Of a DNA stretch of 12,890 bases, positions 6,544 through 12,890 are shown piece by piece. The notes beneath the pieces are model-generated. The model was given only the letters and a program-made list of their open reading frames with translations. It did not search any database and was not told the origin of the DNA. A program made the translations under genes and the position numbers. The stretch covers positions 1 through 12,890 of the forward strand of contig JAFGOA010000103.1 of NCBI GenBank assembly GCA_016926735.1, given 5' to 3'. Source of the stretch: Promethearchaeota archaeon (lineage in GTDB: Archaea; Asgardarchaeota; Lokiarchaeia; Sigyniarchaeales; SOKP01). Position 1 is the stretch's first letter, and each line of letters opens with the position of its first letter.

Positions 6544-7749
6544 TTGAATGTGTTTTATCAATATCTTACATCTTCTATATATAGAGTACATTGGTCCATT
6601 TTACAAGGTGCAACTCCTATTTATTCTGGAACATGGGATGTTGATATCACAACAAGAAAGATACTTTCCTATACAGGTGATTTATGGTTATCACGGGGTG
6701 ATTATACATTATTTTGGATAAATCATGAAAGTTCTTTTGTTAGTTTAGACATTAATATTACCAATAAACTCTATGATTTAAATCGAAAAATTAATTATTA
6801 TCTTCCAGGATTTGGTAATTTTGAGGCTTATGAAGCATTAGATTATAATAATCATTCTTCAACAGAGAGATACTATTTTCATAGTAGTAAAGGATATTTG
6901 TTAAATGGATTTATGGAATATCAATCAATCGGGCATTTTACATTATTTGAGATAAATATTAATTTATTTGATAATCCAGAAGGATTTCCTTTGGATATTA
7001 TATTACTTATTATAATTATAACCGCTATAATTTCTATTATTTCTATATCAGGATTGATTCTTTATCGGCGTAGAAAAAACATTATAAAACCTTACAGAGT
7101 CAAAGATCAAGAAAATAGAGAATCTAAGAAAATAATCAAACAAAGGGAACTTTCAGAAATAGAAACAAAAATTAGAGAGGAACTTATGGAAATCTATATA
7201 AAAGCTCAAAAAAGAATGAGATATAAAGCTTATACTCAAAATCTTATAGATTTATTACAAGATATTGTCAATAGAGCAAAAAAAAATAATTTTATTAATA
7301 TATATGAAAGTGCTGATAAAAAATTAGAAATTTATAAGAAAATGTTTAATATTAATAAAGAGAAAGAAGTTTTAAAACTCTATAATTATGCAAAATTGAA
7401 ATTGGAACATGAACAATATACTGATGAAACTATTAATCTTTTAAATGAAGTAATAAGAGAAACAGAAAATTTTAAGTTTATTCAAATAGAAGATAAACCA
7501 AAAAAAAGTTTAGAACTCTGTAAAAATAAAAGATTAGAAAAGAATAAAGAGAAGCTAGTAAAATTATATAAAATTGTTAAAAGTAAAATTAAAAATAAAG
7601 AACATTCTAAAGAAGTTATTGATGATTTGAATTATATTCTTAATGAATCAAAAAAAAACAACTTTACAGATCTATATGATATTGCACAAATGCACTTGGA
7701 TGAAATTAAAAATAATGCAAATCAAGCTTCCATGAAAAATGAGAGATAA
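6544..7749 (+). CDS. Single-pass membrane protein: aromatic/beta-rich ectodomain, TM helix, three cytoplasmic 62-aa helical repeats; 5' end frameshifted (full gene probably 6321..7749)
   Basis: TM IILLIIIITAIISIISISGLILY followed by RRRK (6997-7077; positive-inside rule). Repeats start at 7180, 7366 and 7552. The TTG at 6544 has no SD-like site or signal peptide, and the frame is open upstream to 6457. Confidence 0.75.
   Translation: MNVFYQYLTSSIYRVHWSILQGATPIYSGTWDVDITTRKILSYTGDLWLSRGDYTLFWINHESSFVSLDINITNKLYDLNRKINYYLPGFGNFEAYEALDYNNHSSTERYYFHSSKGYLLNGFMEYQSIGHFTLFEININLFDNPEGFPLDIILLIIIITAIISIISISGLILYRRRKNIIKPYRVKDQENRESKKIIKQRELSEIETKIREELMEIYIKAQKRMRYKAYTQNLIDLLQDIVNRAKKNNFINIYESADKKLEIYKKMFNINKEKEVLKLYNYAKLKLEHEQYTDETINLLNEVIRETENFKFIQIEDKPKKSLELCKNKRLEKNKEKLVKLYKIVKSKIKNKEHSKEVIDDLNYILNESKKNNFTDLYDIAQMHLDEIKNNANQASMKNER
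7180..7737 (+). repeat. Three tandem 62-codon (186-nt) protein-level repeats
   Basis: ELMEIYIKAQKRMRYKAYTQNLIDLLQDIVNRAKKNNFINIYESADKKLE / EVLKLYNYAKLKLEHEQYTDETINLLNEVIRETENFKFIQIEDKPKKSLE / KLVKLYKIVKSKIKNKEHSKEVIDDLNYILNESKKNNFTDLYDIAQMHLD align without gaps. Confidence 0.8.
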
Positions 7750-7914
7750 TTGTTTAATCTGAGTTTTAAGAAAAATTGTTATTCTACCAATCATAAGAAA
7801 AGATTTTTTTAGATATTTTTAAAAATGAAAAATATTTAACATAAAAGTTTTATAGATTAGTTAGATTTGAAAATATTAATCCTTTAAATACTATCAAGAA
7901 ATATTTGGATATAA

Positions 7915-9075
7915 ATGGAAAAACAAGATCTTATACATTTTATCATTGATAATGTAAGTGTTTTCAATTTGGTTTTACCCGATGAATTGAAAGATTATCA
8001 AAAATTTGAAGAATACTTAGTTTCATTTAGCGATGATATTCTTCATATTATTGCTGGATTTAATGAATATCTATTAGAACATTTTCTTAACTCATCAATC
8101 TCAAAGAAAAAGGAAAATCTTCTTTTAGACTTAAGGAAAATGGAGAGATTATCACATTTTATAGGACCTACTGGAAATTTATCTTATTTAATGCCAGATC
8201 AGATAAATTATGTTTTAAGTAAATTAGATAATTTTAAATTGGATGATCTAAATGAGGATAAAATATGTTTAATTGCTGACGAGAATTTGCAAATGGAATT
8301 TGGAAATGAAGATGGTTCTTATACTCAAAATCAAGCTCTTGAAAACCAGATATATACAGCTCAATTTTATCTTACTCAAATTGGATATTCCCCAAAAGAA
8401 ATTGATGAAAAGATTGAACAAGTGCGAAAAGATCCTTTAAAATTGAATACTTTGTTTAATTTACCTCCTAAAGAAATTATAAATTTACCCCCAGAACTTC
8501 AAAGATCCTCTTCAATAGACGGAGATCATATTGATGATAATGAAGACGGTTTAAGTGAAAAAGGAGAGGCTATTATAAATCAGCATATTCAGTCAATTCA
8601 ACATGAAATAAGTGAAGAGAGAGCTCAGAAAGTAAATGAAATCTTAGACGAAATTAAACTTCATGTTAAAGAGAAAATGAATGAAAGCTATGAAAAGGTT
8701 TTTAAACAATTACATCCAGATAGGCTCCAAAGAGCATTAAAATTTCTAAAAGAAACTAAAAGAAAGGATAAAAGAATGGAGATTTATTTAGAATGGTTTT
8801 TCTGTACACATCTATTGGAAAATATAGAATTTAAAGTAGAACATTGGCAAGTATCATCACAAGCTACACATGGAGCAGCAGGCGTTTATACTGCTGGTGT
8901 TTCTTTTTCACGTTATGATCGAATTGTAAAGGGTTTCCCTGATTCTAAATTTCAGAAGGTTGTAACAATAGCCAGAAGATTACTCCAAAGTCCCTCAAAA
9001 AAGAAAATTCAAAAACTTGGTCAAGATCTTATAGCTGAAACCGGATTTGATGAGCATCTCTATTTTACAGACTAA
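7915..9075 (+). CDS. Hypothetical soluble, mostly helical protein
   Basis: 386-codon ATG-started ORF with normal composition. An acidic N-terminal half and a basic C-terminal half are joined by a Pro/Asp-rich linker. No family recognised. Confidence 0.8.
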   Translation: MEKQDLIHFIIDNVSVFNLVLPDELKDYQKFEEYLVSFSDDILHIIAGFNEYLLEHFLNSSISKKKENLLLDLRKMERLSHFIGPTGNLSYLMPDQINYVLSKLDNFKLDDLNEDKICLIADENLQMEFGNEDGSYTQNQALENQIYTAQFYLTQIGYSPKEIDEKIEQVRKDPLKLNTLFNLPPKEIINLPPELQRSSSIDGDHIDDNEDGLSEKGEAIINQHIQSIQHEISEERAQKVNEILDEIKLHVKEKMNESYEKVFKQLHPDRLQRALKFLKETKRKDKRMEIYLEWFFCTHLLENIEFKVEHWQVSSQATHGAAGVYTAGVSFSRYDRIVKGFPDSKFQKVVTIARRLLQSPSKKKIQKLGQDLIAETGFDEHLYFTD

Positions 9076-9086
9076 TATATTTTTCT

Positions 9087-10355
9087 TTAAAATTTCAAGA
9101 GAGCTTTGAGAAATTTTGGTCCTAAAGATATTTTTGAAATTGTTGGTAATTGTTTAAATAATTGTTCTCCAGCCCATTTGTCTCTATCCAAATCATATGT
9201 AGCAATATCATCTAACCAATAAGCTTCACAGATTTCTTTTCTTAATCTTTTATTTTCGTTAATTAGTTTTGTGTAAGTATCCCATATTGTATTCATTATT
9301 TTATGATTGGAATTATAAAAAAGATATTCACAAGCTAAACCATTTTTGTAGTAATTCTTCAATAATATTTTGTTAATTTGTAAATCATATTTATTAAGAT
9401 TTACTTCTGAGAAATTATGATCATTGTTGAGTATTGGTTTTATTGTATTTACAGCTAAATCTGCCGATAGAAGACCTGGAAGAATTCCCTCATAGAAAAA
9501 GGATGTTACTAATCCTGCTGCTTCTCCGAGAACCACAATCCTATCTTGACTAAATGTATTAATCGGATGTTTTGATACTTTGCAGGTGATATATGAAGAT
9601 TTGTTCCACTTTAATTTTTCGAGGTAAGGTTTTATAGGATTGTAATTCTGTAAAATTTTCTCCAATTTTATTTTTAATTCTTCCTTAGATTCATTACTAT
9701 TTCCTAAAAAACCAAGACTGATTCTTCCTTTTCCTATATTGAAATAAAATGGACCATTTGTACTTATTTGGGGGTTTAAATGAAATATATATTCAAAATC
9801 AAAATTATTAGTAATGATATCATCATTAGCATAAATATTAGTAAAAATACCGGAGAAAGTATCAGGTAAATTAAAACCAATTGATTTTTGTAATTCAAAA
9901 TCGTTAGAACCAGTAGAAAGAACTAATAGTTTACAATAATATGTATTTTTTGATGTGAGAACTTCTATTTTATTTTCGCTTCGGTTAATTAACTTTACTC
10001 GTTCATCAAAATTTATGGTTCCTCCATTATCTTGAAATTTCTTAATCAATGTATCTATTAAAACTTCAGTATGGACAATCTTACCTAATGGTTTTCCGAA
10101 CTCCTCGGAATCTATAATTCCATTAATTTCCTTTCCTAAATAATTAGTTTTTATGTGATCTTTAGGAAATATATTTTGATTTTTTAAAATAATATCATCA
10201 ATATAGGGATTATTATGTGCTGGAAAAATATTAGTATTGATATGGATACTCTGTTCTTTTTCAATAATTAGTGTTTTTGCATATTTTGATATCTTTTTTG
10301 CAAAACTTGTTCCAGATATACCTGCCCCTACAATAATAATATCATACATCATCAT
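9087..10355 (-). CDS. FAD-dependent oxidoreductase, geranylgeranyl reductase/FixC-like family
   Basis: N-terminal Rossmann motif YDIIIVGAGISG...LIIEK, LVLSTGS, and VVLGEAAGLVTSFFYEGI (a variant of GDAAG-x3-P-x2-G-x-GI). Confidence 0.8.
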   Translation of the reverse strand: MMMYDIIIVGAGISGTSFAKKISKYAKTLIIEKEQSIHINTNIFPAHNNPYIDDIILKNQNIFPKDHIKTNYLGKEINGIIDSEEFGKPLGKIVHTEVLIDTLIKKFQDNGGTINFDERVKLINRSENKIEVLTSKNTYYCKLLVLSTGSNDFELQKSIGFNLPDTFSGIFTNIYANDDIITNNFDFEYIFHLNPQISTNGPFYFNIGKGRISLGFLGNSNESKEELKIKLEKILQNYNPIKPYLEKLKWNKSSYITCKVSKHPINTFSQDRIVVLGEAAGLVTSFFYEGILPGLLSADLAVNTIKPILNNDHNFSEVNLNKYDLQINKILLKNYYKNGLACEYLFYNSNHKIMNTIWDTYTKLINENKRLRKEICEAYWLDDIATYDLDRDKWAGEQLFKQLPTISKISLGPKFLKALLKF

Positions 10356-10414
10356 TACTTATATAAAGATTAGAGAGATAAAATTCTTCTTATAATAAAA
10401 TTCAAAACATCTAT

Positions 10415-10813
10415 TTAATCCCAAAAGTCAGATCCAATTTCTATAAGGTTTCCTTCGGGATCTGATATCATTGAAGATCTCATATTCCATACTTCATTTC
10501 TTGGCTTATATATTGGAATAGCACCTTTCGATACTATTTTATTAAATACGATATCAACATTTTCAGGTTTTCCTACATTTATTGATAATTCAAAGGATCC
10601 ATTCAACCCTTTAGGAAAAGAGGGTGTTTGACCTAATAACTCGGGTAATTTTTTTCTTTGATACATTGAAAATCTTATTCCTTCATGTTTGAACTCAGCA
10701 TATGGACTATGACCATCCCAATCGACTTCTAAACCCAATACATCTGTATAAAAATTTACCATTTTGGTCATGTCTTCAACAAATATACCTATCAAATCAA
10801 ATTTTAATTTCAT
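10415..10813 (-). CDS. VOC (glyoxalase/bleomycin-resistance) family protein
   Basis: IGIFVEDMTKMVNFYTDVLGL, KPRNEVWNMRS and DPEGNLIEI are typical VOC motifs; 132 aa. Confidence 0.9.
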   Translation of the reverse strand: MKLKFDLIGIFVEDMTKMVNFYTDVLGLEVDWDGHSPYAEFKHEGIRFSMYQRKKLPELLGQTPSFPKGLNGSFELSINVGKPENVDIVFNKIVSKGAIPIYKPRNEVWNMRSSMISDPEGNLIEIGSDFWD

Positions 10814-10897
10814 ATTATAAATTCTAGTTATTTATAGTATTAAAAAGCAATACTCAAATTTATATTCCCAATAATTTTTTCGAAAATAATAGATTTA

Positions 10898-11650
10898 TTA
10901 AATAAGTCCTATTATAGCTTTGGAAATTTTATTTAATGTCATCTCTGCCATTCCTAATGGAACACCACTTTCAAAAAGCATAACAATAATGAAATTATCT
11001 CGCTTCCAAGATATTTCAACTAATTTTGAAAATACTTTTTGACCATTTTCAAGACTATAAAATAATTCTGGAAGATTAACAGTTCCTACGGAGAACCTTA
11101 TCTCTAGTTCTTTAAGTGAACGTGTTAAAATCTCATCAGGGAGTACGGAATAAATTATATGCCCATCTAGAGATAAAACAGCAGCACCAATTATTTCATT
11201 TTTTGAAATTAAATCTCTAAATAATTTTATTATTTTTCCATATAAAATTTCATTTTCAAAAATAACATCTTTACCAGTAATTAACTGATCGATTATCTTA
11301 TCAAATTCTTCATCTTCTATTTCTTGGTAATCAACAATAGAATCATTATTTGGAAATCTTTCAAAAAATTCATCTGAAGTTTTGGTTAGTCGAGTATTTG
11401 CAAATAATATACTTACATTTGAATCTGATAAAATTACAAAGATATAATCGTCTATTATTTTAAAAAGAAATCTTAAACCACCCATTTCTAATACTTCTAT
11501 TTTTCTCGAAATAACATTCTCACTAAAACTAAAGATAGCAGAAAAAAAAGGAGTTATTAAATTTATATCGTAATTAATTTCATCTGTAAAAGTCCTACTA
11601 TATATGCAAGTACCACTTTTCTTTAGGATAAATAGAGAATGAATATTCAT
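10898..11650 (-). CDS. Longin-like domain + Roadblock-like domain fusion protein
   Basis: The N-half IHSLFILKKSGTCIYSRTF...LITPFFSAIFSFS...IEVLEMGGLRFLFK...YIFVILSD...F.E.F follows the longin beta-beta-alpha-beta-beta-beta-alpha-alpha pattern. The C-half (helix, EIIGAAVLSLDGHIIYS, terminal helix LGMAEMTLNKISKAI) follows the Roadblock pattern. Confidence 0.75.
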   Translation of the reverse strand: MNIHSLFILKKSGTCIYSRTFTDEINYDINLITPFFSAIFSFSENVISRKIEVLEMGGLRFLFKIIDDYIFVILSDSNVSILFANTRLTKTSDEFFERFPNNDSIVDYQEIEDEEFDKIIDQLITGKDVIFENEILYGKIIKLFRDLISKNEIIGAAVLSLDGHIIYSVLPDEILTRSLKELEIRFSVGTVNLPELFYSLENGQKVFSKLVEISWKRDNFIIVMLFESGVPLGMAEMTLNKISKAIIGLI

Positions 11651-11823
11651 TTGGTCAAAATTTATATAATTTAATAGAATATTAAAGCAAATTAAATCAT
11701 TTAAAGTATTAGGTATACTAAATATTGTAATTTTTAAATTTTTTAGATTAACTTAAATTAAATCAATTGATAAATTTAATAAAAAGAAAAGAATTAAAGG
11801 AAAAATAATAAATATACTAATTC

Positions 11824-12099
11824 TTAAGCATTTTCTAAAATAAACAGCATATTATCATGAGGTACAAAGAATTTTTCTTCTTTTTTTATAATAACCGTAT
11901 GGAAATATTCTGCCAATCCAAGGAATCCTCTAATAACACTCTCATCTTCCTCAAATTTGAAAATAACATTAGCTATTCCTTCTCCAGCATTTATTTTCAC
12001 TTTGTCATAAACTCTCTCATCGATTAAAGGAATTTTTAATTCATTTATTATTTCAAAAACCCGTTTTACAAAGAGTTCATCTTTACCTATGGTAACCAC
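11824..12099 (-). CDS. Small hypothetical protein (91 aa)
   Basis: GTG-started ORF, richer in G+C than its flanks, with globular alpha/beta-like composition, co-oriented with its neighbours. No family recognised. Confidence 0.7.
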   Translation of the reverse strand: MVTIGKDELFVKRVFEIINELKIPLIDERVYDKVKINAGEGIANVIFKFEEDESVIRGFLGLAEYFHTVIIKKEEKFFVPHDNMLFILENA

Positions 12100-12273
12100 A
12101 ACCTTTTATTATTATTATGAAATTTACTAATTTAATAAAAATCATATTTTATAACCATTTCGCTTTCTATTTATTTTTCTAAATCGACAAAAGTTCTTTT
12201 TAAAATAAATATTTAAAATCCTGTTTTTAATTAATTCTACAGGAAAATTTTAAAAATAATATTTTTTAAAAAG

Positions 12274-12846
12274 TTATTTTAACATCTTAAGAAGCCATGC
12301 TATATTTTGTCCCAGTGTCCTAAAAGTATTTATCCCTTCTTTATCATTGAGAATATCTCCAATAGCGTTTGCAATACCTAAATTCCAATAATTTGATCCT
12401 ACAACAATCATTTCTGATATTAAAAAAAAGTAATTTATTGAGGAAAATACATGATTACCTCCACCTCTCCGTGCAGAAACTACTGAAGCGCCAATTTTAC
12501 GTTTTAAAAGATTTTCATTGGCTCTACAAACATATCCTGCTCTCTCAATAAGTGCTTTCATATTTGTTGACATGTCTGAAAAATATGTTGGTGAACCTAA
12601 AATGATACAATCTGAGTTTATCATTTTTTGAATGTAATCATTTATCTTATCATGAGTAAAAAAGCATTTAGAATCTTTATTTTCTCTACACTTTCCACAT
12701 GCTTTACATCCTTGTAAACTTTCCCCGCCAATCCATATATATTCACAATCAATACTTTCTTTTTTTAATTCATCAATGATTATATTTAGACTATGATATG
12801 TATTTCCTTGCTTTCTAGAGCTTCCATTAAATAATACTGCTTTCAT
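12274..12846 (-). CDS. Iron-sulfur flavoprotein (Isf-like; flavodoxin/NADPH-dependent FMN reductase family)
   Basis: FMN-binding NGSSRKQGNT, CKACGKC-x7-C (the Isf CX2CX2CX5-7C motif), GSPTYF, MKALIER, ARRGG and GSNYWN. Confidence 0.9.
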   Translation of the reverse strand: MKAVLFNGSSRKQGNTYHSLNIIIDELKKESIDCEYIWIGGESLQGCKACGKCRENKDSKCFFTHDKINDYIQKMINSDCIILGSPTYFSDMSTNMKALIERAGYVCRANENLLKRKIGASVVSARRGGGNHVFSSINYFFLISEMIVVGSNYWNLGIANAIGDILNDKEGINTFRTLGQNIAWLLKMLK

Positions 12847-12890
12847 TATAATTCAATTTTTAAAGTTTTACAAAATAAAAAAAAATAAAT

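Noticed and set aside
11706-11720. AGTAT-N5-ATACT inverted repeat resembling the one at 10836-10854
   Set aside because: Only 5-bp arms and a different spacer length, so no support for a shared motif.
12369-12551. 60-aa plus-strand ORF
   Set aside because: Antisense within the iron-sulfur flavoprotein gene.
1-12890. CRISPR array, tRNA/rRNA genes, transposases or integrases
   Set aside because: No regularly spaced direct repeats, no GC-rich structured RNA islands and no mobile-element protein motifs were seen.

Overview
Very AT-rich, gene-dense prokaryotic DNA, most likely from an Asgard archaeon (Lokiarchaeia-like). This assignment is inferred from the mix of archaeal-type metabolic genes and eukaryotic-signature-type domains. 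Metabolic genes: leuB-type dehydrogenase, standalone ThiN, thiC, a Nudix hydrolase, a geranylgeranyl-reductase-like flavoprotein, a VOC protein and an iron-sulfur flavoprotein. Signalling-type genes: (i) a Roadblock + Rab-like GTPase + apparently degenerate second G-domain fusion; (ii) a RING-H2/coiled-coil/TPR protein transcribed divergently from it across a perfect 24-bp palindrome; (iii) a longin + Roadblock fusion; (iv) a receptor-like single-pass membrane protein with three 62-aa cytoplasmic repeats, whose signal peptide is cut off by two successive -1 frame breaks, each at a canonical slippery heptamer. No rRNA, tRNA, CRISPR array, transposase or TPP riboswitch was seen. All domain calls come from reading motifs by eye; no database searches were run.
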